The position numbers and the translations under genes are program-made. Below the pieces are notes generated by a model that was not told the origin of the DNA, made no database searches, and saw nothing but the letters and a program-made list of their open reading frames with translations. DNA of 64,000 nt from Eledone cirrhosa (Eukaryota), in the NCBI GenBank assembly GCA_964016885.1, contig OZ024766.1:13888001-13952000 (forward strand), in the 5' to 3' direction. The first letter of the stretch is position 1. Each line of letters starts with the position of its first letter. Shown in pieces: positions 1 to 13,733 of the stretch.

Positions 1-30
1 TTGTGGCTATCATTATTATAGACTTCAAGT

Positions 31-195
31 CGGTAGAGGGTCAGACGCCATGCTTTCCAGCATAGTTACATACCTTTACGATCTGAGTTCAAATCCCGCC
101 GAGGTTGACTTTGTCTTTCATCCTTAGGGGGTCGATAAAATAAAGTACCAGTAATGCACTGGGTAATTGCTGGTCTTGTGCCTAAAGTAGAAACA
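31..195 (+). mobile_element. 5'-truncated tRNA-derived SINE (family A)
   Basis: B-box-like GAGTTCAAATCC; flanked by the 19-bp direct repeat ATTATTATAGACTTCAAGT (12-30 and 196-214), a TSD; further copies at 720-905, 15598-15782, 35610-35800, 59695-59828 and 61555-61740. Confidence 0.85.
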
Positions 196-232
196 ATTAT
201 TATAGACTTCAAGTAAATCTTTGTCAACTTAC

Positions 233-434
233 CTCCTTCACATATAATCAATGTGTTGTGTTGTTAGTTGTTACTAAACAACCAAAGAAATAATCTCTTT
301 GTTATCAAATTAAAAGTTTCAAAGATGTTATCAGCTTTATTTCACGACATTAACGTTGGTGTATCTTCTTCATCTTTAGTCATGAATTGATATCTTGTCA
401 GAATGAAGTAGTGAGGATGACTTTATGTCTTTAG
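233..434 (-). pseudogene. Degenerate exon, possibly the end of a fucolectin/F5-8-like domain (..NTLIICEG)
   Basis: Acceptor TGTAG at 435-439 and strong donor GAG|GTAAGT at 232; stops in all frames; terminal TLIICE resembles the LxLCE motif of FTP/galactose-binding domains. Confidence 0.3.
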
Positions 435-634
435 CTACAGATTTGATAGGAAATATATATATATTAGGTTGATATGTGGTCTAAAATATATATATTGTCT
501 ATAAATGACTGATAGCAGATGTTCTGGTGAAATAGTAGTTTTACTACTACAGATTGTAATGGAACTCTTAGTAGACACAATTGTAAAGTAAGAATAGATA
601 TGACAGTGTAAGACTGATGTCGGGGAAATTTACT

Positions 635-687
<53 letters not shown>

Positions 688-719
688 GTTACACAAGATA
701 TAATTAGATTAATTAAAGT

Positions 720-905
720 TATAATTGTTTCTACTTTAGGCACAAGGCCAGCAATTAACCAGTGCATTACTGGTACTTTGTTTTATCGACCCCGTAAGGA
801 TGAAAGGCAAAGTCAACCTCGGCAGGATTTGAACTCAGATCGTAAAGGGACGTAACTATGCTGGAAAGCATGGCGTCCGACCCTCTACCGATACTGCCAA
901 TTCAC
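720..905 (-). mobile_element. tRNA-derived SINE (family A), inverted relative to 31-195
   Basis: Reverse-complement match to 31-195. Confidence 0.85.
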
Positions 906-1805
906 CGCAATGAAGGCAGCAGGTACTCGGTGTCGTTGTGCATGTTTCAACTCTCTTCCCGGTGTCATACGTTAAAAGTCCCTGATATAATTTATACCTT
1001 CAGACACAGTTCCAATCGTTTTTAGTTTATTGTAAATCAGAAAGTATCACTCAATAAAATATCAATTATATATCAATAAGAAAACCTCTAGGTAGTCTCA
1101 CTGACTGCTAGAAATAGCAGCGATATTACCCATTACAACTGCTCTCTCTCTCTCTATATATATATATACACACATATATGTACGTATGTATGTATATGTG
1201 TATATATGTGTATGAATGAGTGTGTATGTGTGTATATGTGTACATAGGGTTTTGGTATATGTACGTTTGGTGAACATATGTGTATTTACCTGTAGGTATG
1301 TGTGAGTGTGCGTTCTATACGCATTTATGCGTGTATATTTATATATGTATTTATAATTATATGTATATATACACACACAAACATATATTTATATGTGTAT
1401 TTGGTGCATACAATCGTATGTGTGCGGGTATATGTGTTGCGCCGGTTTACGTCCGTGCGCGCCTGTTTATGTGTACGTATATGTATATGCATGCATGCCG
1501 TGAGTTTTTGCATATGCTCGTGTATAAATGTGTGTATGTATATATTTAATTATTATTACTTTTATGATTTTAATAACATCTGTCATTTTCGTTCAACTAA
1601 TTTATTTACATTATTCTGGACTCCGAAGCCGAGCATCATTCAGTTTCCTTAATAGAATATTAGTCTACGACTCCATTTACACCATAAACGTGGTTTTGTC
1701 TTTACGTGTAATTGTTGTCACCGCTCCACATAACGACGTATTATCTTCTTTTTCCCGTTCATTGCCAGGGAACGTCTTCACGAATCAAAGCATAAATTAT
1801 TTTCA

Positions 1806-2366
1806 CGAGCTGACGTACCCAGCTTCGCCCGGGTAAACAGATGATAAAAGAAAAGGTCCCTATTTACTCCCTTCACAACTCTGTATGTTAGACTGACAGA
1901 CAGGCACACAGACAGATAAACTGCGTGGCGATTGTGGAACGCCGCACGTATACACACATACACGCACACAAACTTACACACACACCCGTGCACTTACACA
2001 CACGCACACACTCACACATGTTGATAGTTTTTACTTTCTGTGGAACGCTGCACGCACGCACACATACATAAACATACGCGCACGTACATACACACGCACA
2101 CATGTTAATAGTTATTGCTTTACTCCCCCTCTTATTTCCACACACATCACACACACACACGTCTCTACACTGACACATATACATAGTGTATCCAACACAG
2201 CGTTCACTTTGCCTCTCTCTCGCCTCTCACTCTCTCATTGGCATTATACATATTAATTTAAGTTTGGCGTCGTTGAGGTGGGCGGAGTCGTTAGAAACCT
2301 ATGAACCAATGATAATCGAGAATTATGACACACGGAATATTGACATTGTTGAAATTAATATATAGA
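1806..2366 (-). mobile_element. Non-autonomous Helitron (internal-deletion derivative, about 560 bp)
   Basis: 5' TC at 2366; 1855-2366 matches 7000-7407; 3' hairpin ACCCGGGCGAAGCTGGGT followed by CTCG|T (variant of CTAG|T). Confidence 0.85.
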
Positions 2367-5300
2367 CTAGCTGACGTACCCAGCTTCGCCAGGGTAAACA
2401 GATGATAAGAGAAGACAGGTAAAAGAGAAAATGTCTGTATTGGATGTTTGTCTGGTTACAGTGTGAAGCGAGTCCGTGTTGTCTGTGTGATACAAAAAAA
2501 CTGTAAAAGAAATCTTCCAGATATACCAGATTCTTCGTTGTCCGGTTTGTGCATAGTATATGAACAATTCTAGGTGCTCCCACCTAGAATAGTGACCTCT
2601 AGGAGATGGTTCCTCTTCGGCCTGACTGGAAAACGTGTATCATTGCATAGACGTGGTTGTTCCACGTTTCTCAAAAGGATGATGGAAGTTCCAATCTTTT
2701 ATATTATATGTAGATATAGATATAGATAATTAATAAAAAAGATGTCCGTCAATGTAAAGAAGGTCCCTATTTACTTGAAATGGTTTATACAAATGCCAAA
2801 TTAATATGGATATGGATAACATGCTTATCTATAAGTGGTCAGCTATAATAATAATCCAACAAATTATATGACACAAAAATTTATTCAGTAATTTCCAGGC
2901 TCTTAGCCACTGAGTAATAGACAGTCAATATTGCCCAGATTTCAACTCGGGGAGGTGGCCTGGTTTGAACTCAAAATGGCGGATCCTTCTACTTCGAAAA
3001 TAGAATGGTTTTTCAATATTACTCTAGCCCTGGCCGGCCATAGGCACCAAACTTTTTGCCAGACTCAGCATATGATGAGGTTTTATTACCACTGCAATCA
3101 GAAGCGATAAATTTGAAGGCAATTTCTACCAATACTTGTTGGTTTTTATTGCTCATTATCGACAATAAATGACATTGAACATAAATGATAACTCTGCCAA
3201 AGCTCACAATACAGATGAAAGGAAACCAATGTCCGAATCATATACGTCGCTTATTGATAGCATTAAAGATATGCATACATCAGCTCAAAGCTTCATTATA
3301 GACAATATTTAGGTTTGTTCCTCTGTTAGTGGTATCAATTGCAAATTTTATACCATCAGGATCGCACACTCGAGATGCAGCAACATAGAGTTGCCCATGG
3401 CTGGATCATTCAAGCAGATACCGACTCGCTTGAAAGTCTGTCCCTGTGCCTTGTTGACAGTCATGGAGAAGGCCAAATTGACGGGAAACTGTCTCCTTTG
3501 CCAAATAAATGGCAGCAGATCTTCACTTGGTCTCAGCATGATCCTCGGAATGAGAACCGATGCCTCTCTGCCTGGGAGTTTAGCTTCTAAAACTCTTCCG
3601 TTAATCAATCTCTCAACAATCAATCTGGTACCATTGCAAAGACCCATTTTATGATTGATATTTCTAAGCAATATAATCGGCAAACCCTTTTTCAACCTCA
3701 AAATATGTGGGGGAAATCCGGGTATTTGAAGTGAATTCAGATACTCAGTCGGAACATCCATACTGTTCTGCTGATTAGGCTCCATTGCATCCGCACTGAC
3801 GGTCAACCATTCCTCTCCAGGAAACATTCCGGCTACTTGTGAATTTATTTCATCGACCGTTGCATTCGTATGAGTTAGAATAACACGTTCCGATATTCAG
3901 GAGATATTCTGCCAAAAAGCATTCAAATTAGGGAACACCCAGTCAATCAAGCCTTGGCGGTCCAGTGGCATGACCAAATGGTCTGGGATTTATACAGTCT
4001 GATTATCACCAACGTGTGGCAATTCATCGTTTCCCAACTGCATCAACCATCGGCCGTATGTCTCAGCCTCTTCGTTTTGCCCGAACATAGGAAGTCGCAT
4101 ATTATCGTGTAATCGCAAAACTCTGAAATGGCGCCACAACGGGGACTTTTTCAGACATGCATTGACAATTTGTGCTCTTTGAGCATTCCTAACAATTGGT
4201 AGCACCTGTCTGAAATCGCCACCAAGAACGATAGTCTTACCACTGAATGGCAGGTCACTACCGCAGATATCTCTCAAAGTTCTGTCCAATGCCTCCAGCA
4301 AATATCTGTGTGCCATTGGAGCCTTGTCCCAAATAATCAGAGACGTATTGCGTATAAGGCCCGCGAGTTCACTTTGTCCTGTAATATTACAGAAACTCAA
4401 CTTATCTGGAGCCAATGGAGCCTTGAAGCATGAGTGGAAGGTCCTTCCACCACTCAGCAAAGTGGCAGCGATGCCCCTGGTGGGCACAGGGAGAGCAATC
4501 TTCCTCTGAGCTCTGACTGCCGATAACATAGTGTTGAAACAGAATGTCTTTCCGGTGCCTCCTGGAACATCTATGAAAGCACAAAGTTGCTCATTAGTGG
4601 AAATCGAGTGGAGAGCGCCATCAACCAATTCTCTGTGAGATTGGGTCAACATTGGCATACGTTCATCCACAATACGTTGCTGTTCCAGTGGATCAAACTG
4701 GAATAGTTCCCTCCGATCGAGTGGCAACCATCTAAGCTGCAATCTCATGTTCAATGCTAAGACACGTTGCCGCATTTCTTCATCAGGAATTGGTAAATTG
4801 AAATCTGTTAAACATTTCAAATGAACTTCGAGCAGTTGCTCAATATTGAGCAAAACAATAGCTTTCAGCAAATTTTCATCATAGACCTAAAGATGATGCC
4901 TAAAATCATCAGCCATAATTCCCCAATGGCGTTCAAATAACTCTCTTGGATCGGCAGGATTGCAGAATCCTAGAATCGTGACAAACAACTGCCTTATTCG
5001 AGCTGGCATCTGTGTTGTTCCTGCAGCTTCCATGGCGTTATACCATTCAGCGTCATCCTGAAGGAGTCCCAGATGCTGACACACAGCCTGGTATCTTTTA
5101 TATTCCACGCCATTGATTGTTTTCAAATCAGCGAAGCTCTGTTTACCTCTCGAAAAATCACTATGCAACAGAATTCGGAGATAAAACACATCACCAGATG
5201 CTGGATGGACATTACAAACCCGTCCAATAGTCATGAATCTCAACTTTTGTTTTCTATCATTCCATTTCTTTCCCTTCTTATCCCACGTATAGTGCGAAGG

Positions 5301-7407
5301 GAAATCACAGTAGAGTTGCTTTTGATCCGGGTTCAAAGCATGTTCCCTATTATGCTTGAACCACTCAGTCAATTCCGTCTTAGGAGGTGGTGCGTTAGCA
5401 ATTCTTTCGATACCTCTTCTAGTGTCCTTAAAACAGACCATTTGCCTATTTTCTAAGTGAACCGTCAGTTTCTGAACACTGTGTTTGCGTTCATTGAGAT
5501 CAAAATCGAACAATCTCCAGCAAGCTTCGCTAGATCCAATCGAGCGAACATCCTGGAACCTGCCAACTTCATCTCCTTGGTTCACTTCCTCATTCCTGAC
5601 ATTCATCATTGCCCCATCATGACCTTTGTAAACATATTTGAATAGATATTTGCAAGCTTTCACTGAGCTACAAATTTCCACATTAATATGACAACGATAT
5701 TTCATAATCAAATATGGATTGTATGGCACAACCCATTGATTTGTAACCTGTCGACCGTTTACATTTTCGACCAAACCACCATCGGCAGGCGACCGTCTTC
5801 TGTATGAGGGATGAGCATCCCCATCATTCCAGGAAGTGTTCGTGACAAAAGATTTCGGAAAGTGCTTACTGCATTGGCCATTTTTCATGCAAGGCGCTTT
5901 CCGATTTGCCACTCCGCATTGGTTGTGCACCATTGACTTTGCCACCAAGTTGCATAGTGCCTCATTCTCCGGCAGTTCAGCACACACAATGCTGTCGACA
6001 TCCTCAGCACATCACAATTTGCTATCTCTATGTAAAATGATCAGCAAATGTGCATGTGGCAATCCTCTTTTTTGGAATTCAATTACGTATGTAAAAGCAA
6101 CTATACCTCCAAAGATTCCCTCTTTTTCCACATCATCCATTATCTTTTTCAGATATCCTTTGAATACTCTTGCCACAATATCAGGACGGTCCTTTGCCGT
6201 TCAAGTTCAGTTATATTTCCCGGCAACTTCATCCAACCGATCCTGATATCCTCCTCCGATTCACTATAATCTGGATCGTTAACGTAAATTTGAGCGAATC
6301 AAGGCCTCTCTCCTGGGGTAACTTCTAAATTACCGATACAATGATACAAACGGCATTGAATGACGACATTCGGTTGCCATGCTCCACTCTCAAATATCTC
6401 ACTAACTCTCTGCGATGCTAAAGCTAATAAATTGTTAATTTGCCCCGAATATTTGCGCAGTAATCTACCTCGGTCTCATTGATCACCCCACATACTTAGT
6501 ATTTTAAACACTGGTGACTCCCCATCATCCGGCATTCGCAAAGGTTCTAGTTGAACTGCTCCTTTGTGACAGCACATTGTGGTCCACGTCTTTTCGTGCC
6601 ACCAAAGCAATGCTCCACAATGTGGAGACCCTGCTCGTCCACCAATCTGACAATGACACGGTTGCCATGATCCATTTTTAATATCATTCGTTCGCCTTCT
6701 AGCCTCTTTACTGGAATGAGGAGCACTTTGCGACACATTCCCTGAACTTCTGTATTGCGCTGGCGCTGTTCAGCCAGCTCCTCTTCATCCACCGGAGCAC
6801 GCCATTGCTGCTGAATTCTGGCCACCTGCTGATGATGCTCAGCCAGTTCGTTTTTCAACCATCGCAGCACTCCGTCGCCGCTGTAGTTCACTGTTTGATA
6901 AAGTCGAATTGCTTTTCTTATCAGTATTCATTTGGAGCAATTGTAAAAAAAAATGACACAATAATAAATATAAAAGATGTCCGTCAATGTAAAGAAAGGT
7001 CTCTATTTACTCCCTTCACAACTCTGTGTATGACAGACAGGCACACAGACAGATAAACTGCGCGGCGATTGTGGAACGTCACACGCATACACGCATGGAA
7101 ACGCGCACATGCACGCAAACTTACACACGCACACACTCACACATGTTGATAGTTTTTACTTTCTGTGGAACACTGCACGCACGCACACACACATAAACAT
7201 ACGCGCACATACATACACACGCATACATGTTAATAGTTATTGAACACAGCGTTCACACTCTCCCCTCTCACTCCCTCATTGGCATTATGCATATTAATTT
7301 CAGTTTGGCGTCGTTGGGGTGGGCGGAGTCGTTTGAAACCTATGAACCAATGATAATCGAGAATTGTGACACACGGAATACTGACGTTCTTCAAATTAAT
7401 AAATAGA
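2367..7407 (-). mobile_element. Near full-length Helitron (rolling-circle transposon), decayed
   Basis: A|TC 5' end at 7407; 3' hairpin ACCCTGGCGAAGCTGGGT then CTAG at 2370-2367; RepHel coding remnants inside. Confidence 0.93.
3300..6891 (-). pseudogene. Helitron RepHel (HUH Rep endonuclease + PIF1-family SF1 helicase), frameshifted
   Basis: EFQKRGLPHAH HUH motif (about 6050-6085), YLFKYVYKG motif (ORF 4887-5987), PGGTGKT Walker A and GGDFRQVLP (3990-4871), LLRNINHKMGLCNGTRL and FSMTVNKAQGQT (3348-3827). Confidence 0.93.
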
Positions 7408-8204
7408 TATATATATATCATCATCATCATCATCATCATCATTTTACGTCCACTTTTCTCTGCTTGCAAGCCATGTGCCTCTTCCTATATATACATATAT
7501 ACTATATATATATACACACATATACATATATATATGTATGTATATATATATATGTATATATATATATACGTACTTAATACATGCATACATTTATTTTTTT
7601 TAAATTAATTGAGTTCTTAACACGCAGGATTAAAATTGTTTTTAAAAAAACTAATTAACCCACGTGTATATTATTTTACTTTCTTGTGTTTCGCGATTGC
7701 CTCCCTTTTCCGCTTCGTGACGCTGTGATATTCCTCAGTCTAGGACTGCTGGAATTTCAAATTTGGCGGTCATTATGATGCGTGAAGGGACGACTTAGCT
7801 GACACAAAAATAACTGCGGTAAGAAATGTTTTCTTATATCAATGTTTGAAGGGCATCCACTGATGATTTATAAGGCCCACCTGCATATGTTCTTACAGAA
7901 AAATATGTAGGCTTCTACATAAACAAGAAACATTCTCCCAACTTGTAGAAAACTTATAATGAAACAATTGTTTGGAAAGAGAGATATATTTTAATTTTAA
8001 TTATATCTCATATAAAATAATACAACTGGCTTTCCACAAAATACATATAGTTAGCACCCCAAACACAAAATTGGGATTATACTAAGGTATATCCTAATGT
8101 TTGTTGAGTGAGATGGTAGCCAGTCAGAGTTTAGCTTAAAGCTTTCTCTGTTATTGTATTAAATATATGTGTATATATATATATATGTATCTATATATAT
8201 ATAT

Positions 8205-11190
8205 CACCTTGACCGACCAGTCTGTCGGGCGTCCATTCGACGCCGCTGGTCACAGCACGCCGTCCATTCCTCTCTGGATTGTGCTTTCCTCATCCATGTA
8301 GTCCCAATTATATTCCTAAAATGATCTTCCACCTTCGTGGAGGCCTTCCGAGTGGTCGCTTCCACTCGCACGGGTACCACTCCGCAACTGCGCAGGTCCA
8401 GCGATTATCGGTGAACCGGGCGACGTGTCCAGCCCATCTGAACTTGCTGCGTATATATTGCGCGATGACGTCCCTCACGTCGGACTTCTGTCTGATGACT
8501 TCGCTCCTGATGTGCTCTCTCAACGAGATTCCTAGCATTGATCTCTCCATGGCTCTTTGAGCCGTTACCAGCCTCTGCTCTTCTCTCTTCGTTGTAGCCC
8601 AAGATTCACTGCCATATAACTTTGTAGGTAAAACTGTGCTATTGAAGAAGTTGGCTTGGGCGATCTTGTCTAACCTCCCCTTGAGCACATCACTTATGCC
8701 GCTGAACGCCTTCCATCCGGCCTTTACTCTCTGCGAGATCAGCCTCTCAATGTCTCAGCGCATGTTCACTTCTTGTCCTAGGTAGACGTATTCCTCCACC
8801 TCCTCTATTTCATCACCGCCAACCACCATTCGACCTGTTGGTATGTTGTCGGACCGCATGAAGTTCATTTTCATGCTGTTCATCTTGAGGCCTACTGCAG
8901 AGCTTTTGATGTCGAGCTCCGTCAGCATGGTCTGAAGCCGATCCGTGGTTTCAGCGATGAGTACGATGTCATCAGCGAAACGGAGGTGGGTAAGTATCTC
9001 CCCATTGATGGTGACACCGCCTTGCCAGTCAATGCCTCTGAAGATCTGCTCGAGACACGCGGTGAAAACTTTTGGAGAGATCGTATCTCCTTGCTTCACT
9101 CCCTTCTCGACCGGCACTCGTACGGGTGATGACAGCAGAGCTGTGTCGGTGGTGCATCCGGAATTCGCCTCCTTGAGCAGTTGAACGTATTGCGCCTCGA
9201 CTCCTTGCCTCTGCAGCGAGTTCAGCACTGCGTTGATTTCGACGCTGTCGAAGGCCTTCTTGTAGTCTACGAACGCGACGCAAAGAGGCATCTTGTACTC
9301 TTTTGCTTGCTCAAGCAGTTGTGTCAGAGTAAATATGTGATCCATCGTGCTGTAGTTCTTCTGGAAGCCGGCTTGCTCTTTCGGTTGCTGTTCGTCCAGA
9401 TGATGTGATAACCTGTTCAGGATTATCTTCGTGAACAGCTTGTACACGTGAGACAGCAGGAATATGGGTCGGTAGTTCTTCAGATCTTCTCTATCGCCCT
9501 TCTTTTATAGCAGGATGGTATTCGACTCTTTCCACTGCGAGGGTATTCTTCCCTCGTCCAGATCGTGTGTGAATCGCTCGGCGAGGATTTTCCAGAGCTG
9601 CTCTCCGCCTGACTTCAACACCTCCGATGTTATGCCGTCTTTCCCTGGCGCCTTTCCGCTTTTCATCACGCCGACGGCTCTTTCCACCTCACCGACAAGG
9701 ATGGGTGGCACATTTTCTTCCTGTTGGAGTGACGGCAATGGCTGCACATTCCGGGCAGACTTGAAGAGCTTGGTGTAGAAGTCTTCGTAAATCTTTTCCA
9801 TCTCATTCTTGTCGCTGACCGGTACTCCAGCTGTGTTCTTCAGGGTCGTCACCTCCGATCTGTACATTGCCATGTCCGTCTCGCATTTCTTGAGGCTTTT
9901 CTTTTCCTCTGCGGCCTTCAGGAGCTTCCCCATCCGGTATGGCTCGAAGTCACTCTTCAGTTGCCGTATCACTCTGCTGAGAAGGGAATATTCGAGGTGA
10001 TCTTCAGGTGTCCCCTTCATAATCTTCCTCTTCTCAAGCAACTTCATAGTTTCCTCCCAGACTCTTCCCTTCCACTCCTTCGGGCACACACCCTTAGCCT
10101 TCCTCAAGCACTCCTTCAGTTTCCTTATCAGTGAGTCGTAGTCAGCGTCTATGCCGTCTCCTTTACACCACTTTTCCTGCATGATGGCTTCCTGCTGCTG
10201 CGCCTCGTTGAAGACCCAGACGCGTTCTCCCTTTGCCGCCAAATGCAGCGCCTTCTTTTCCCTCGTCCGATCGATGACGACCTTCGCCCTCACCAGACGA
10301 TGATCACTGCCAGTGTTAAATGGCGTTATGACGGAGACGTCCTGCAGTATACGTCGCTTGTCGACCAGGATGTAGTCGATCTTGTTTCCGTGCTCAGAAT
10401 TTAGCGATACCCAGGTCCATCTTTTCTCCTCCTTCTTCCTGAATAGGCTGTTTCCGATGTAGAGCCGTCTCATCTCCGCCATGGTGACCAGACACTCTCC
10501 TCTTTCATTTCGATATCCCAGGCCGAATTTTCCTACATACTCTTCCCCTTGCCGTCCCTGTCCGACCTTTGCGTTGAAGTCTCCCATCACTACGGTGTAA
10601 GTGGACTTCACAGCTAGCACTTTGTCTAGCTGGCGATAGAATTCTTCCACTTCCTCGTCGTCGCTGGCACTTGTGGGAGCGTAGGTCTGCATGATCTTGA
10701 GGGTGGCCTTCCCTGAGAGGTTTACGTTCACTACACCAATCCGTGACGATATGAACTGGCAAGAAGGGACCTCCGAAGCCCATTCCTTGCTTACGATAAA
10801 CCCTATACCAATCTGGCATCCTCTGCTTTCCCGAGTCTCACGGCGCATCCATCTTGCCATCGGGAATTCGCCTCCTTCTTCTGGCGGGTCTCGCACAGCC
10901 CTAACACGTCCCACCTGATCTTCTTCTTCTCCTCCATTAGGTGGTTCAGTCCTTGCCCCCCTGCCAAAGACCTGCAGTTGTATGTGCATATGGCAAGGTT
11001 AGTCCTGTTCCATGGCGGCCTTCGTGAACCTGTGATTCTTAGCAGCCTTTCGTCGCTCGGGTTGCACTCCGACGTCATGGAGTAGCCCGATTGACTCGCA
11101 TGGTACTGAGGCCCTTTTCTTCGTGCTGTTTTAACCATAAGATGACGCCATCCCATTGGCTGGGCGGGCAGGCCGGTACCTTCTCAGTTT
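8205..11190 (-). mobile_element. Near full-length RTE-clade LINE (APE + RT), several frameshifts and stops
   Basis: CTYNCR, YAPT, GDFNAK and SDHRL endonuclease motifs (9505-11156); DYKKAFDS, KQGDTISP and RFADD RT motifs (8755-9447); RWAGHVAR..RPLGRPPRRW C-terminus (8308-8688). Confidence 0.92.
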
Positions 11191-11319
11191 AGCTAGCTTT
11201 TGAACTCTAGAAGATGATGAATCATCTCTAGGACCCAATTCGGGTCAAACAAATAAGAAAATATATACATATATATATATATATATACATATATATACAT
11301 ATATATATATATATACATA

Positions 11320-11458
11320 TACTTGGGGAGGTTCATATTGTTGTAATAATATTGCCAGAAATAATAACAGAACACACTCACTGTTTGGTTGGTTTTCGCT
11401 TCTGTATCTTTTATATCTCCATAGTTAATTTATTTGGCAATCAAAGAACTTTGTTAGA

Positions 11459-11529
<71 letters not shown>

Positions 11530-11655
11530 ACCATTCGTCAATCAATGCCAAATAAATTAACTATGGAGATATAAAAGATACAGAAGCGAAAACCAACCAA
11601 ACAGTGTTATTATTTCTGGCAATATTATTACAACAATATGAACCTCCCCAAGTAT
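11320..11655. repeat. Inverted repeat pair (about 115-bp arms) around a (TA)n spacer
   Basis: 11320-11441 is the reverse complement of 11545-11655, apart from one short indel. Confidence 0.85.
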
Positions 11656-11674
11656 AACAATATATATATATATA

Positions 11675-11754
<80 letters not shown>

Positions 11755-11867
11755 TATATACACACACACATATATATATACACACACACATATATATACA
11801 CACACATATATATACACACACATATATATATACACACATATATATATATACATATATATATATACAC

Positions 11868-12206
11868 ATCATCATCATCATTCTACGTCCACTTTTCCCT
11901 GCTTGCAAGGGTGGGATGGGAACTGATCCTGGCTTGATTTCTACAGCTGGATGCCCTTCCTAAGACCAACGTCATTTACAGTGAGTGCTGGGTGCTTTTT
12001 TTGCCGTGGCACCTCCATGACCACTTTACAGTGGAATGATAGGGACCCCAGTCCCTATCATCTCATTTCTACAGCTGAGTAAACTGGAGCAATGTGAAAT
12101 AAAGTGTCTTGCTCAAGGAAACAACGCATCACGTGGTCTGAGAATTGAACTCACAACCTTTCGATTGCAAGGCCAATGCTCTAACTACTAAGCCATGTGC
12201 CTCCAT
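11868..12206 (-). mobile_element. tRNA-head CORE-like SINE (family B) with LINE-derived (ATG)n tail
   Basis: Reverse complement of 19530-19857; A box TGGCTTAGTAG, B box GAGTTCAATTC, CCTTGAGCAAGACACTT core. Confidence 0.85.
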
Positions 12207-12254
12207 ATATATATATATACATATATATATATACACACACATATATATCTAAGT

Positions 12255-12533
12255 CTAAAGTCTGTCTTAAGCCAGCAGGCTCGTTTGGCCGGTGCTTATA
12301 CCGGTTTCATGGCGTGAAGTGAGTGAGAGTACAAGACTACCCCCTGGACAGGACGCCAGTCCATCGCAGGGTTAAACCTCCAGCTATTGCTGGTACACAT
12401 TTTCAGCTGAGTAAACTGGAGCAACGTGAAATAAAGTGTCTTTCTCAAGGAAACAACACATCACCCGGTCCAAGAATGGAACTCACACCTTTCGATTGAA
12501 AGCCTAATGCTCTAACCACTAAGCCATGTGCCT

Positions 12534-12537
<4 letters not shown>
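12255..12537 (-). mobile_element. SINE with family-B head and a different 3' body
   Basis: Same tRNA head and core as family B, then an unrelated 3' segment (CCCCTGGACAGGACGCCAGTCCATCGCAGGG on the + strand). Confidence 0.7.
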
Positions 12538-12607
<70 letters not shown>

Positions 12608-12613
<6 letters not shown>

Positions 12614-13647
12614 AGTATGTATGTATGTATACATACATACATATATGTATACAGACGTATAGTCGTATGTATATATATACATACATGCACACATATATAT
12701 ATGTACGTATCAGTTTACCAAACATTTATTATAATGCTCGGTTTGTCTGTTTGTAAACAAACAAACAGCCCGAATTACGCCGTACAGTGTTTAGGCAACC
12801 ACGTCACCTTTTTGTTCAACACTGACACAGGAATGATGTACTAGTTTCAAGCTTATTAGCTATCGTCAGCATTGTATACCTTCCTGCCAGATGGTTGAAC
12901 GTCTGAAAGTATATACTTTCCTTATGCATATTAACGGCTGAGCAGCCTAATTTGCATATCGAGTGAGATCAGTCGGCTGGGCACACCGAAAACGATAAAT
13001 GGAATAGAATGAAACGAAATTTCATTTCTCACTCTTAGTAAGGCACTTACTTAAATGTAAGTATGTATGTATACGTACATACATATATGTATACAGACGT
13101 ACAGTAGTATGTATATATATACATACATGCACACATATATATATGCACGTATCGGTTTACCGAACATTTATTATAATGTTCGGTTTATTTGTTTGTAAAC
13201 AAACAAACAGTCCGAATTACGCCGTACAGTGTTTAGGCAACCACGTCACCTTCGTTTCATTCTATTCCATTTATCGTTTTTGGTGTGCCCGGCCGACTGA
13301 ACTCACTCAATATGCAAATTAGGCTGCTCAGCCATTAATATGCATAAGGAAAGTATATACTTTCAGATGTTCAACCATCTAGCAGGAAGGTATACGGTGC
13401 TGACGATAGCTAATAAGCTTGAAATGAGTACATTGTTCCTGTGTCAGTGTTGAACAAAAAGGTGACGTGGTTGCCTAAACACCGTACGGCGTAATTCGGG
13501 CTGTTTACAAACAAACAAACCGGACATTATAATAAATGTTCAGTAAACCGATACGTGCATATATATATGTGTGCATGTATGTATATATATACATACTACT
13601 GTACGTCTGTATACATATATGTATGTACGTATACATACATACATACT

Positions 13648-13650
<3 letters not shown>
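12608..13650. repeat. Large foldback: about 410-bp inverted arms with an internal direct repeat
   Basis: 13251-13650 is the reverse complement of about 12610-13020; 13055-13250 repeats 12610-12808; a related copy lies at 25612-25890. Confidence 0.85.
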
Positions 13651-13733
<83 letters not shown>

